Under the pieces are notes generated by a model that worked only from the letters and a program-made list of their open reading frames with translations, had not been told where the DNA came from and made no database searches. Of a stretch of 64,000 bases of DNA, positions 47,188 through 56,835 are shown piece by piece. Origin of the DNA: a bacterium. GTDB taxonomy: Bacteria > Patescibacteriota > Microgenomatia > Daviesbacterales > UBA10151. The translations under genes were made by a program, and so were the position numbers. Location of the stretch: positions 413 through 64,412 of the forward strand of contig JAJYIE010000002.1 of assembly GCA_021790255.1 (NCBI GenBank), in the 5' to 3' direction. How positions within the stretch are numbered: position 1 is the first letter of the stretch; each line of letters starts with the position of its first letter.

Positions 47188-47598
47188 ATGGCTACCTTGA
47201 GCTTTAAGATCGTTACACCCGAAAATGAGGTTTTTAACGAAGAGGTGGAGATGGTGACTTTAACTACCAGGGATGGCGAAATCGGCATTCTCCCTCATCA
47301 CACTAATTTGATGTCGCAAGTGGTGGCCGGTGAGATGAGAATTAAAAAGGGCGGCAAAGAAATTGTGATGGCCACCGGTTCCGGGCTTTTGCAGATGGCA
47401 GATAATAAACTAACTTTGGCAACGGATCTGGCAGAAAAGGCGGAAGATATTGATGAAAAATCCGTAGAAGAAGCAAGAAAACGGGCGGAAGCAGCCCTAG
47501 AGCAGACCCAAACTAATGAGGAATACGCCACAGCCATGGCCAGTTTGGAGAAAGCATTGGCGCAGCTTAAAGTCAAACGCCACCACAAAAGCGGCTGA
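47188..47598 (+). CDS. atpC: ATP synthase F1 subunit epsilon
   Basis: IVTPE, GEIGILPHH, C-terminal helical hairpin. Confidence 0.96.
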   Translation: MATLSFKIVTPENEVFNEEVEMVTLTTRDGEIGILPHHTNLMSQVVAGEMRIKKGGKEIVMATGSGLLQMADNKLTLATDLAEKAEDIDEKSVEEARKRAEAALEQTQTNEEYATAMASLEKALAQLKVKRHHKSG

Positions 47599-48168
47599 TT
47601 ACTCTTCAAATGAAAGCTCAGGCGGTGTGGACCAAATAGGTATAGGCAGGTTTTTGTAACGCGGGTTGGGTACAGCTTGCGGCTGGCCGTTAACCTCAGT
47701 AATGTAATAAGCCAACCCCTGCAGCTTTTCTATCTGCTCATAATCAGAAGGCAGGTGTCCTGCGCGCCAATCATCATAAGTTAAAAGTGGCTCTGCTCCG
47801 GTATTAACCAGGGCATGTCCGTATTGCGGGTGGATGACTACCTCATCCCCCGGCCCCAACTTTACAAGCAGCACTTCGTCCACCATTTCCGGTGTCCATG
47901 AACCGTTTTCGTAGTGCTTTTTCTGCAAAATAAGCACAGCGTGGCCGGAAATGAGATGATATGTTTCATTAACCTGGGTGCTGTGGTAGTGGCCGAAGGT
48001 TTTCGGGTACTCATCACCGATTTTACCCGGTGCAGTGACGGTTAGATTAGCCCATTTATCCGGGGTGATTTCCCCGAAAACCCAGTAAGCCGGGTCAACG
48101 CCGGTGGCTTGCGGATCCATAAGGACTGGTTTTAGACCGGATAGTTCCCTGATTGAATTTAGCCTCAT
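47599..48168 (-). CDS. cupin-type glucose-6-phosphate isomerase
   Basis: GDEYPKTFGHYH, E-Y, GHALVNTG, NPRY motifs. Confidence 0.88.
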   Translation of the reverse strand: MRLNSIRELSGLKPVLMDPQATGVDPAYWVFGEITPDKWANLTVTAPGKIGDEYPKTFGHYHSTQVNETYHLISGHAVLILQKKHYENGSWTPEMVDEVLLVKLGPGDEVVIHPQYGHALVNTGAEPLLTYDDWRAGHLPSDYEQIEKLQGLAYYITEVNGQPQAVPNPRYKNLPIPIWSTPPELSFEE

Positions 48169-48189
48169 GGGATAAGTATACTACATTTT

Positions 48190-49164
48190 ATGGGCAACTT
48201 CTGGGCAAAGCTTAAAAAACCAATTACTGCTCTGGCTCCGATGGATGGTGTGACTGACTTTGCCTTCCGGGAGGTGGTGGTTTCCGTGGGTAAACCGGAC
48301 GTGATGTTTACCGAGTTTGTCAGTACGGATGGCTTATGCTCAAAAGGTCGAGACCAGTTAATCCAGCGGCTGAAATTTACCGAAGCTGAAAGGCCGATAG
48401 TGGCACAGATTTGGGGCAGCGATCCTTATAAATTTTATGAAGCAGCAAAATTGCTGCGGGAGCTTAAATTTGACGGTATCGATATTAACACGGGCTGCCC
48501 GCAGCGGCATGTTGTCAAAGTCGGCGGCGGAGCGGCGCTGATTATGCAAAATAACCTGGTTAAAGAAATAATTGAAGCAACCAGAAAGGGCGCCGGCAAT
48601 TTGCCGGTGAGTGTGAAGGCCCGCCTAGGTTTTGAGGAAATTAAAACCAAAGAGTGGATCGGCTTTTTGCTGAGCCTTAATCTGCCTGCCTTAACCATCC
48701 ATGCCCGGACCGCCAAAGAGATGTCTACTCCCCCGGCCCACTGGGAAGAAATCAGCAAAGCGGTTAAACTGCGGAATGAATCGGGCGCTAAGACTTTGAT
48801 TATCGGCAATGGTGATGTGAAAAGTTATGCGCAAATCGTCGAAAAGGCGGAAAAATGTGGGGTGGACGGGGTTATGGTGGGCCGGGGCATTTTGGAAAAT
48901 ATCCTGGTGTTTAACCAGAAAATTGACCCTGAAAAGATGACTCCAGCTGATAAAGCTGCGCTGCTGCAAAATCATCTGCGCATCCACTTGGAAAGCCAGC
49001 CGGCAAATTTGCGGCCGGAACAGGTTATTGGCCCGGTGAAAAAGTTTGTCAGGACCTACATCCATGGTTTTCCGGGAGCGGTGGACCTCCGGAAAAAATT
49101 GGTTCGGGTTCAATCTCCAGAGGAGATGACACAACTGATGGTTTCTTTTCCGAAAGTGGTGTAA
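48190..49164 (+). CDS. tRNA-dihydrouridine synthase
   Basis: LAPMDGVTD, IDINTGCP, TIHART, GNGDV, GVMVGRG. Confidence 0.93.
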   Translation: MGNFWAKLKKPITALAPMDGVTDFAFREVVVSVGKPDVMFTEFVSTDGLCSKGRDQLIQRLKFTEAERPIVAQIWGSDPYKFYEAAKLLRELKFDGIDINTGCPQRHVVKVGGGAALIMQNNLVKEIIEATRKGAGNLPVSVKARLGFEEIKTKEWIGFLLSLNLPALTIHARTAKEMSTPPAHWEEISKAVKLRNESGAKTLIIGNGDVKSYAQIVEKAEKCGVDGVMVGRGILENILVFNQKIDPEKMTPADKAALLQNHLRIHLESQPANLRPEQVIGPVKKFVRTYIHGFPGAVDLRKKLVRVQSPEEMTQLMVSFPKVV

Positions 49165-49177
49165 AATAACTTCCTTT

Positions 49178-49732
49178 TTGCAGAAAGGAGGTTTTTTGGG
49201 CATTGAGTCTACCCGGGAAAAAGATGAAATTGCCGAGCTGCTGGAAGCAGTTAAGCTGCCCAAGCAGCGGGAATGGGCGCGTGAGGGATTATCCCGGAAA
49301 ATTCTTAGAAACGATGATCTGAGCTCAGAGAGGTTGACTGTCGGGTACCGCCAATGGTTGGTGGCGGTCCACGAAGTTGGGCATGAGCTGGCTGCCAGAT
49401 ATTACAGCTGGTGGGTTTTAAGGGAGTCGGTTATTCCGTGTGGTAATACCCTCGGGGTAACGGAGGTTAAAACCGGCTTCGGGAAATTATTCCGGCAGAT
49501 TGTACGTGAGAGAATATACATCGGCTGGGGAGGTTTTGCAGCCAGGTTTCTTATCGGTCACGGTAATCCGGCGGATGGCACAGGCGCAGATTTTGCCCAA
49601 ATTCGGGCCCTGAACGGAGGCAGTCTGAGTGGCTCGGAGGGTTCTTTTAAGGCAGTTAACAGCTTTGGGGTGAGTTATCTTAATGACCGGTCATGGCAGC
49701 TCTTTGATAAGAAGGTTTTAGTGGAGACTTAA
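49178..49732 (+). CDS. stand-alone M41/FtsH-like zinc peptidase domain protein
   Basis: VAVHEVGH, LGVT, GGFAA, GTGADF. Start uncertain. Confidence 0.6.
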   Translation: MQKGGFLGIESTREKDEIAELLEAVKLPKQREWAREGLSRKILRNDDLSSERLTVGYRQWLVAVHEVGHELAARYYSWWVLRESVIPCGNTLGVTEVKTGFGKLFRQIVRERIYIGWGGFAARFLIGHGNPADGTGADFAQIRALNGGSLSGSEGSFKAVNSFGVSYLNDRSWQLFDKKVLVET

Positions 49733-49758
49733 AAGGATTTTCGTGGTAAAATTTTTGG

Positions 49759-50691
49759 ATGGTTGAGACTATCGAAAAACTACAAGCCAGCACCAAACCG
49801 TTGACTGCCATGGAAAGTCGGATGCTGGATTTGTATGCCTGGCACCTGGACTGGTTCCGTTTCCACGGCCAGGATCCGCGGCGCTGGCTTTGCCATCGTG
49901 AAACCATGATCGGGCCCGAGCCTTTTCAGACCCACTGGCAAAACTTACTGGATGATATCAAGGCCGGCAGGCAAAATTCTTTTTTTATTGAAAAAGGAGG
50001 CGATAATATCTTCGGACGTCTGCCGATATCAGCAGAAGGGGTTAAGAATATCCCGCCTGAAGGGGGCGCAGTTGCCGTTTTTAACCACACTGACCAAGGG
50101 CCGGCTCAGGGGTTGTGGGTACCTTGGGTGGCCAGGAAAATCTTTTCTGAGTATATTACGGCAGGTGATCAAATTCGCTACCCTTTTATTATGGCCAATA
50201 ACAAACATTATTTTGACGGGCTGGAAAGACACTGGCTGGTCCAAATTTCCCTTCATCCCTTGCCCTGGCCGGTCCGGGATTTTGTTCACCAAAAAATCCG
50301 TGACGGCCGGGCTAAATTTAAAAAGCATGCCGGCCGGATTATGCAAAATGTGGCCGTAGCAACCGGCATGATTTATGAAGGCAGCATGGGAGCTTGGGAT
50401 ATTATTGATTACATTAAACATGGCAATGTGATAGGGATTTTTCCTGGTGAAAGAAGCGAGTATCGGTTAAATGATGCGCAACGGGTTGGTAGAGCTGCCA
50501 GCACGATCCTGCGGCGTGCAGGGCAAAATGGCATTAAGGTTTTGCCTGTGGGGGTATGGGCGAGTCATGCTTATCACCTGAATATCGGCGAGCCGGAAAT
50601 ATTTTCGCCGGAAAAATACAGCTCTGCGGCTCAGATAGCAGTCCATACCAGGGAAATGCTTGCTGAATTGCTGCCCAGGGAAATGCGATAG
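49759..50691 (+). CDS. PlsC-like acyltransferase-fold protein
   Basis: GVKNIP..G.AVAVFNH, IGIFPG, VLPVGV. Confidence 0.6.
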   Translation: MVETIEKLQASTKPLTAMESRMLDLYAWHLDWFRFHGQDPRRWLCHRETMIGPEPFQTHWQNLLDDIKAGRQNSFFIEKGGDNIFGRLPISAEGVKNIPPEGGAVAVFNHTDQGPAQGLWVPWVARKIFSEYITAGDQIRYPFIMANNKHYFDGLERHWLVQISLHPLPWPVRDFVHQKIRDGRAKFKKHAGRIMQNVAVATGMIYEGSMGAWDIIDYIKHGNVIGIFPGERSEYRLNDAQRVGRAASTILRRAGQNGIKVLPVGVWASHAYHLNIGEPEIFSPEKYSSAAQIAVHTREMLAELLPREMR

Positions 50692-50698
50692 CTTGATT

Positions 50699-50902
50699 TT
50701 AAGGTTTCCGTCCCTTGCGGCGGCCTTCCATATACTCCCCGCCCACATAGCCAATGCTTGTGGCAACTGCGGAAAGCGGAAGGATGGGGGCAAAAAATAT
50801 ACCTATTCCAAGACCGAACATCCCGATATTACGGAACCTTTTCAGGTTTCTCTCAGTAAATCCCGGCTTATCACTGAACATCTCTGCTGATTCAATTTTC
50901 AT
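50699..50902 (-). CDS. small membrane protein
   Basis: 67 aa with hydrophobic hairpin and basic tail. Confidence 0.5.
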   Translation of the reverse strand: MKIESAEMFSDKPGFTERNLKRFRNIGMFGLGIGIFFAPILPLSAVATSIGYVGGEYMEGRRKGRKP

Positions 50903-50925
50903 AACAGGAGTGCATTATACAACAT

Positions 50926-51570
50926 TTAGCGCTGGCGGATGGTAATCCGGCTTAAGGTTTGCTCCACCGCGCTGTGTTGCGCCTTGAGCGGTTGATCCTG
51001 ATTTTCGAGATACACTGAACTTAAGACATTAGCCGCGTTGCGGATAGCAGCCGGGGAGCCTTTAATGAGAACGACCTTATTTACCAGGCCATCAAATTCT
51101 CCGTCAACCGTAAGCAGTTCATAAAGCTTTGAATTGATATTGGGGTGTTCAAAGCCGTATTTAATATAGGCCGCCCGCATTTTATGTTTCAGCCCACTTT
51201 CTATGTCCAGCCGAAAACAAGTGGAAAGTTCATCGGCCTCCGTTAAAAGCTGTTGAGCAGTAAAATCATTAATCTCGCTTTGCCTGGATAGATTTTTAGC
51301 CCGAATCCGTTTACTAGTGGAAACACGGCTAAGTAAATCAAGAAGCGGATTGCGGGCAGCCCTGGATAATTCAAGGCCGTTTTTGTTGATAATGTATCCG
51401 GCAAAATAGTGTTGAAATATAAGTTCCTGAAAAGTATTTAAAGAGAAGCGCCGGGTAACCGAGTATTTGGTCATAAAATCATAAGTATTGGTAAAAGCCT
51501 GTTGCCAGAGATCAGCCGCAAATCTGCGGTCTTGTTCGGTAATAAGAATGTCTGCTTCGCTAGTATTCAT
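50926..51570 (-). CDS. hypothetical protein
   Basis: ORF from MNTSEAD with AAGGA SD. No family recognised. Confidence 0.55.
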   Translation of the reverse strand: MNTSEADILITEQDRRFAADLWQQAFTNTYDFMTKYSVTRRFSLNTFQELIFQHYFAGYIINKNGLELSRAARNPLLDLLSRVSTSKRIRAKNLSRQSEINDFTAQQLLTEADELSTCFRLDIESGLKHKMRAAYIKYGFEHPNINSKLYELLTVDGEFDGLVNKVVLIKGSPAAIRNAANVLSSVYLENQDQPLKAQHSAVEQTLSRITIRQR

Positions 51571-51653
51571 TTCCTTGAAGCGTATTGTACAACAAGTTTT
51601 AGATAATTTCTCCACAGTTTAGATTTTGCGGTAAAATATGTCACAATAACCTC

Positions 51654-52628
51654 ATGCCCGAAAAAGATTCTGTCCCGGTCCAATCGGGATTTGCCTATCT
51701 TATTCCCTTGCTTGTTGGCGTTGTTTTGCTGGGCGCTGTTTTAGTTGCCTTCCAAACTACCCAACCAGTATTTTTATCTAATATGCTGGCTGCCCCCTCG
51801 CCTACTCTGTTTCCCTCGCCAGCTCCCAGGCCGACTCCTACGCCAACCCCCTCCCACATCCCGACTCCAACGGTTATACCTACTCCGACAGCCAAACCTA
51901 CTCCGAAACCTGTATCCGGCCCGCCGGGAGTTGGTTTAAGCTCAATGACTGTAGCCACGGAAAAAGGCAATTTCCGGGCGACTGTCCTGGCGGTTGACCT
52001 AAACTTGACTAAGATGCTTACCGACAGTGGTAACGACGGTGAATGTGGGAATAACTGCACCGTAATGCCGCTGCAAAGCTACGTAGTCCGGAATAACGGC
52101 TTTGCCGGCGTGAACGGGACTTATTTTTGCCCCGCTACTTATCCGGAATGTGCCGGCAAGACCAACTCTTATGATTTCCCCATATACAACAGCCGCCTGG
52201 GTCACTGGATTAACCAGGGCAATCTCTTCTGGAGAGAAATGCGGGCAATAGTTTATATTGACGGATCAGGCGCCCATTACCTCCAAAATGCCAACAGTTT
52301 TTCCGGAGGGCTTTCGGCGGGAATTGTCAATTACCCGGGCTTACTCTCCGACGGCATCGTCCAGATTGATGATAACCAATCGGGTTGTTCGGATAAGCAA
52401 AAAGCGGCTGGTTTGAAAGTGGGAATTGGAGTAAGAGACACAAAAAATATTATGATTGTCATAGCCCAAAACGTAACCATGCAGCAGTTTGCTTATGTGT
52501 TTAAGGCTTTGGGGGCAAAAGGAGCGCTGAACTTGGATACCGGGGGCTCGACAGCACTTTATTACAACGGCAGTTATACTTACGGCCCGGGACGCAACCT
52601 CCCCAACGCCATTATCTTCACGAGGTAA
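51654..52628 (+). CDS. phosphodiester glycosidase (NAGPA-like) family protein with TM anchor and Pro/Thr linker
   Basis: GVNGTYF, ALNLDTGGSTALY, RNLPNAI motifs. Confidence 0.85.
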   Translation: MPEKDSVPVQSGFAYLIPLLVGVVLLGAVLVAFQTTQPVFLSNMLAAPSPTLFPSPAPRPTPTPTPSHIPTPTVIPTPTAKPTPKPVSGPPGVGLSSMTVATEKGNFRATVLAVDLNLTKMLTDSGNDGECGNNCTVMPLQSYVVRNNGFAGVNGTYFCPATYPECAGKTNSYDFPIYNSRLGHWINQGNLFWREMRAIVYIDGSGAHYLQNANSFSGGLSAGIVNYPGLLSDGIVQIDDNQSGCSDKQKAAGLKVGIGVRDTKNIMIVIAQNVTMQQFAYVFKALGAKGALNLDTGGSTALYYNGSYTYGPGRNLPNAIIFTR

Positions 52629-52639
52629 ACTGCCTCTCC

Positions 52640-52668
52640 TTGCCTTGAGGCTCCCGAAACGGTAAAAT
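52640..52668 (+). promoter_or_regulatory. promoter of tRNA-Tyr
   Basis: TTGCCT-17 nt-TAAAAT. Confidence 0.55.
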
Positions 52669-52679
52669 ATCAGTTGGAT

Positions 52680-52752
52680 CCTGAGGTGGCAGAACGGTTG
52701 ATGCGCTGGTCTGTAAAACCAGTTTAAGTTGGTCCGACTCCAACCCTCAGGA
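52680..52752 (+). tRNA. tRNA-Tyr(GTA), C1:G72, short variable loop, no encoded CCA
   Basis: Acceptor CCTGAGG/CCTCAGG plus A73, anticodon arm CTGGT-CTGTAAA-ACCAG, T arm GTTGG-TCCGACT-CCAAC. Confidence 0.9.
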
Positions 52753-52760
52753 CATTGACA

Positions 52761-52789
52761 AAAGACCCCGCTTTGACGGGGTTTATTTT
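52761..52789 (+). terminator. intrinsic terminator after tRNA-Tyr
   Basis: GACCCCG-CTTTGA-CGGGGTT followed by T-rich tract. Confidence 0.7.
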
Positions 52790-52809
52790 GTTAATATTCA
52801 TAGGTTGAA

Positions 52810-52912
52810 AGAGGCGGACTACCCGGCACGTCTAGTGCGGGGTTGTTCGAAGACGCGAAGTGTCGCAAGGTTCTGCCCGAAGGGCAGGTTCTTACTCTTA
52901 CCCCCAGGACCA
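52810..52912 (+). other. structured tRNA-like element ending CCCCAGG-A-CCA
   Basis: Several GC hairpins (e.g. CTGCCC-GAA-GGGCAG), GGTTC T-arm-like motif, CCA end repeated at 54043-54053. Confidence 0.45.
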
Positions 52913-52965
52913 AAGAAAAATTCCGACCCTAGCGGCTCCTAAAAACTCGGAATGACTCGGAAGAT

Positions 52966-53391
52966 TTATCTATTGGAGTTTCTTTTATCTCTACCCCTGA
53001 AATAGTGGATAGCTCTTAATAAGGGATTTCTTAAAGTGGGTGGCTGAGACGGTGTTGAGCGATATTCCGAGCTTGGTTGCTGTTGCAAAAACTCTGCTAC
53101 CATCTTTTGTACTCTCGGGTCTTTTGATTCTGTTATATCTTTAATTTCACCTCGGCTAAGTTGACCCATAAGTTGTTCAAATAATTCTGGTTGCTTTAAG
53201 AGCTCGGGGATTAAACCGAGGGCTCGATCATCCTCGGGGGTTTTCGGTCTTCGTTCATAAATCAGATGTGATTTGTTTGCGGTTGATCCCCCTGTAGACC
53301 CAAAATCAAAGCTTATTTCAATGACTGAATTTTCATCATCCAAAGCCTGATCTAAATCTCTCGGATTTATTCTTTCTTTACCGCCCGACAT
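52966..53391 (-). CDS. hypothetical protein
   Basis: 141-aa ORF between the tRNA-like relics. Confidence 0.6.
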   Translation of the reverse strand: MSGGKERINPRDLDQALDDENSVIEISFDFGSTGGSTANKSHLIYERRPKTPEDDRALGLIPELLKQPELFEQLMGQLSRGEIKDITESKDPRVQKMVAEFLQQQPSSEYRSTPSQPPTLRNPLLRAIHYFRGRDKRNSNR

Positions 53392-53553
53392 ATTTTTAGA
53401 ATTATAGCTTGAAAAATCCTTTCAATCAATGAGTAAGCAGATTTTTAAATTGTAAATAATTTTTAATGACTTCCAGTCTTCTGGACTCAGGAGGAGGACA
53501 AATTATTCACTTCCATCCCCAATCAACATTAGGGCAGTTTTGTCTTTTAGTTT

Positions 53554-53945
53554 TCAACCGCAGAGCTTAACTCGATTGACAAGGTTGATAAAAAAGTAAA
53601 TTTGACTATCCAGGAAAGTCTCAGGAGATTTAATTAGGGCTAAAAGAGCACCGGGCAATATTTCGACCAATACCAAATGTGAGAAAAAAATTATAAAAAT
53701 CCCCCCCAACACTAAAGATGCTGTGATTTTCAACTTATTATTAAGAAGAGATATCAGTGATCCGATGAATAGTATTCCCCGGCTATAGTTATTAAGCAAA
53801 CAGGGATAAAACGGTTAACACAATACGAGCCTTCTTCAAGTGAACGAAAGTTATAGGCATTTATCAATATTATGATACGTATGTACATCCCCAGTAAAAT
53901 TATTAAACCCAGAAAAAGTTTATTTATCAGACTCTTGGACAACAT
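53554..53945 (-). pseudogene. frameshifted membrane protein (GT-C glycosyltransferase-like N-terminus)
   Basis: Two overlapping hydrophobic ORFs (53754-53945, 53554-53799). LIILLGMYIR...EEGSY resembles a GT-C start. AT-rich. Confidence 0.4.
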
Positions 53946-54004
53946 AAAGGGTTAGTATAAGGATAATCCTGGGTAACTACAAAGCCAAAAATGGGTTCTA
54001 ATCC

Positions 54005-54028
54005 TTACCTTCGACAAGCTCAGGGTAA
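54005..54028. repeat. REP-like hairpin (TTCGAC...CTCA family)
   Basis: TTACCTTCGACAAGCTCAGGGTAA. Related copies at 60541, 60580, 62153, 63956. Confidence 0.6.
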
Positions 54029-54212
54029 TTACATCTTCCAATCCCCAGGACCAGCTTATATTGCGTGATATTAATTGAGATCTGCAGTTCAGTCTGTGGG
54101 GTGAACCTAAAGTTATTACGGATATTACTGAAAACCAGCCGGTTGGATTTGTACCGAAAGAACATGTTCAGTAAGTTGAGCTGAGGGCTGCTTATTGCTA
54201 TACTTACTGTGT

Positions 54213-56780
54213 ATGAAAATCAGGCGGGTGCACCAGCACCAGATGTTTGATTGGGATTTTCAGGAACCTGCCTTTTTATCCAGCGCTACTACTTTAATTT
54301 TACTCCTTATTGCCGGGGTAATTTTGCTCCTGGTAACAACCGTTATTGTTTTTGCTATCCAGGTACCCTCACCTGAGCAGCTGTCAAACGCAAACAGCGC
54401 CAAGGCTACGAAAATTTATGACCGCAACGGCCAGCTTTTATATGATATCTTCAAAAACCAAAACCGCACGCCGGTTAAATTATCGGATATCCCCGATTTT
54501 GTTAAAGAGGCAACGATCTCCATTGAGGATAAAAATTTTTATAAACACGGCGGCTTTTCCGTCACCGGGATCGCCCGCGCAGCAATTCAGTTGGTTTTAA
54601 ACCGGCAGATTGAAGGGGGAGGTTCAACAATTACCCAGCAGTTGGTGAAAAATTCCCTTCTTACTCCTGAGCAAAGCATTGTCAGAAAAATAAAAGAGGT
54701 AATTTTGGCAGTCCAAGTGGAACGGGTTTACAGTAAAGACCAGATTTTGGAGATGTATTTAAACTCAATTCCTTATGGTGGTACAGCTTATGGTATTGAG
54801 GCAGCTGCCAATTTATATTTCGGAATTCACGCCAAGGATTTGGACTTGGCCCAGTCAGCCATGCTGGCCGGCCTGCCGCAAATGCCTTCGGTGTACTCAC
54901 CGTATGGCGCCGATCCGTCGCGCGGTAAAGCTCGGCAAAAGGAGGTCTTAGACAGCATGGTGCAGAACGGTTATATTACCCAAAAACAGGCCGGTGATGC
55001 TTACAATGAGAAACTCGTTTACCGGACAGCTCAAAAAGAGGTTGGGTTTAAGGCTCCTCATTTTGTGATGTATGTCAAACAAAAGCTAATTGAGCAATAC
55101 GGCGAACAGGTAGTGGAACAGGGCGGCCTGCAGGTTACCACAACCTTGGATTACAACCTGCAAAGCCAGGCGGAAAATATTGTTAAAGGCGAAATAAATA
55201 AACTCGGCGCTTACCATGTCGGCAACGGAGCAGCGGTGATTATGGATCCCAAAACAGGGGAGATTTTGTCAATGGTCGGCAGCAAAGATTATTTCGGGAC
55301 CTCTGAACCGGCCGGGTGTATTGAGGGGTCAACCTGTACTTTTGAGCCGGATGTAAACGCCACATTGTCTCTGCGTCAACCGGGATCCGCCACCAAACCG
55401 GTTACCTACTCAGCCGCACTGCAAAAAGGTTATACGGCGGCTACAGTACTCATGGATGTTCCCACCCAGTTTCTCGGCGGAGCAGGACAGCCGCCTTACG
55501 CGCCGGTAAACTATGACGGCCGCTGGCATGGCCCGATCCAGGTCCGCTATGCCCTGGGCAATTCCATCAACATCCCGGCAGTAAAAATGCTGGCCCTGGT
55601 TGGTATCAAAAACGATATGCAGCTTGCCTATAATATGGGAATGACCAACTGGCAGCCGACTGATGAAAATGTAAACAACGTCGGTTTATCCCTCACCCTG
55701 GGCGGACGGGAAACCAGCCTTCTTGATTTAACTGATGTTTACTCCACACTCGCCGATAAGGGCGTGCAACATGATCCTGTTTCGATCCTGAAGGTTACTG
55801 ACAGCAATAATAATGTTTTGTATGAATACAAACCCTCGGACGGACGCAAGGTCCTTGATGAGGGAATTGCTTACATTATTTCCGATATTCTGGCAGACAA
55901 CGGCGCCAGGACTATGGAGTTTGGCCCGAATTCTGTTCTCCGCGTTCCGGGTAAAACTGTATCCGTTAAAACCGGTACCACTGATGAAAAACGGGATAAC
56001 TGGACGGTCGGCTATACACCTTCGTATGTAGTCGGCGTTTGGGTGGGCAATAACGATAATGAAAAAATGAATCCGGTCATTTCTTCCGGTATTACCGGGG
56101 CCTCCCCGATTTGGCAGAAGCTAATGATTGCCGCAATCGGCAATAAACCGGACGAAAAGTATCCTCAACCGGGAGATGTAACGTCAATGGATATAGACGG
56201 TTTAATGGGTGGGTTACCCAAAGACGGTTCCCCCACCCGAAAAGAATATTTCATAAAAGGTACTGAACCAAGTGGCATTTCTCCTGCCTATCAAAACCAG
56301 AAAGTCTGCCGCAATAATCCACATAGGCTTTCAGGTGACGGTGAGGACGGAGACCAAAAGGATATTATCATGCTGACGGAAAACGACCCGACGGGAGCCA
56401 ACAAATGGCAGGAAGGCATTGATTCATGGGTGCTGACTGCATCTGATCCGCGGTTTGTAGGGGCAGCCAAGGGATGCAGCAATATCCCCGGCTTTACGGG
56501 AGGTTCACCCGATGCGGTTATCTCCATAGTTAATGTTGGTAACGGGGCCAATGTCCCGCATGTATTTGATGTTTTGGCGAAAACGAATTCGCCGGGCGGG
56601 GTAAAAGATGTCACCTGGCTGGTGGACGGTGCTCAAAAAGCTACCCAAACCAGCGAGCCGTTTGCTGTCCATATTGAGTTCCCCTCAGGGGATAATGGTT
56701 CACATACTATTACAGCAACCTTGGAAGATAACAGCGGCAAGACTTTTTCTACCTCAATAGGCGTCACCGTTGCGCTGTAA
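54213..56780 (+). CDS. class A penicillin-binding protein (transglycosylase/transpeptidase) with C-terminal Ig-like domain
   Basis: EDKNFYKH, GGSTITQQ, RKIKE, RQPGSATK, SIN, KTGT. Confidence 0.95.
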   Translation: MKIRRVHQHQMFDWDFQEPAFLSSATTLILLLIAGVILLLVTTVIVFAIQVPSPEQLSNANSAKATKIYDRNGQLLYDIFKNQNRTPVKLSDIPDFVKEATISIEDKNFYKHGGFSVTGIARAAIQLVLNRQIEGGGSTITQQLVKNSLLTPEQSIVRKIKEVILAVQVERVYSKDQILEMYLNSIPYGGTAYGIEAAANLYFGIHAKDLDLAQSAMLAGLPQMPSVYSPYGADPSRGKARQKEVLDSMVQNGYITQKQAGDAYNEKLVYRTAQKEVGFKAPHFVMYVKQKLIEQYGEQVVEQGGLQVTTTLDYNLQSQAENIVKGEINKLGAYHVGNGAAVIMDPKTGEILSMVGSKDYFGTSEPAGCIEGSTCTFEPDVNATLSLRQPGSATKPVTYSAALQKGYTAATVLMDVPTQFLGGAGQPPYAPVNYDGRWHGPIQVRYALGNSINIPAVKMLALVGIKNDMQLAYNMGMTNWQPTDENVNNVGLSLTLGGRETSLLDLTDVYSTLADKGVQHDPVSILKVTDSNNNVLYEYKPSDGRKVLDEGIAYIISDILADNGARTMEFGPNSVLRVPGKTVSVKTGTTDEKRDNWTVGYTPSYVVGVWVGNNDNEKMNPVISSGITGASPIWQKLMIAAIGNKPDEKYPQPGDVTSMDIDGLMGGLPKDGSPTRKEYFIKGTEPSGISPAYQNQKVCRNNPHRLSGDGEDGDQKDIIMLTENDPTGANKWQEGIDSWVLTASDPRFVGAAKGCSNIPGFTGGSPDAVISIVNVGNGANVPHVFDVLAKTNSPGGVKDVTWLVDGAQKATQTSEPFAVHIEFPSGDNGSHTITATLEDNSGKTFSTSIGVTVAL

Positions 56781-56835
56781 GCTAAATTACATATTTACTT
56801 TTTTGTCCGGATATAATATACAGACTATAGGTAGT

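Noticed and set aside
51795-51915. Quasi-periodic CCNACN repeats
   Set aside because: Encode a Pro/Thr linker. Not CRISPR or a DNA-level repeat (same for ~23680-23745).
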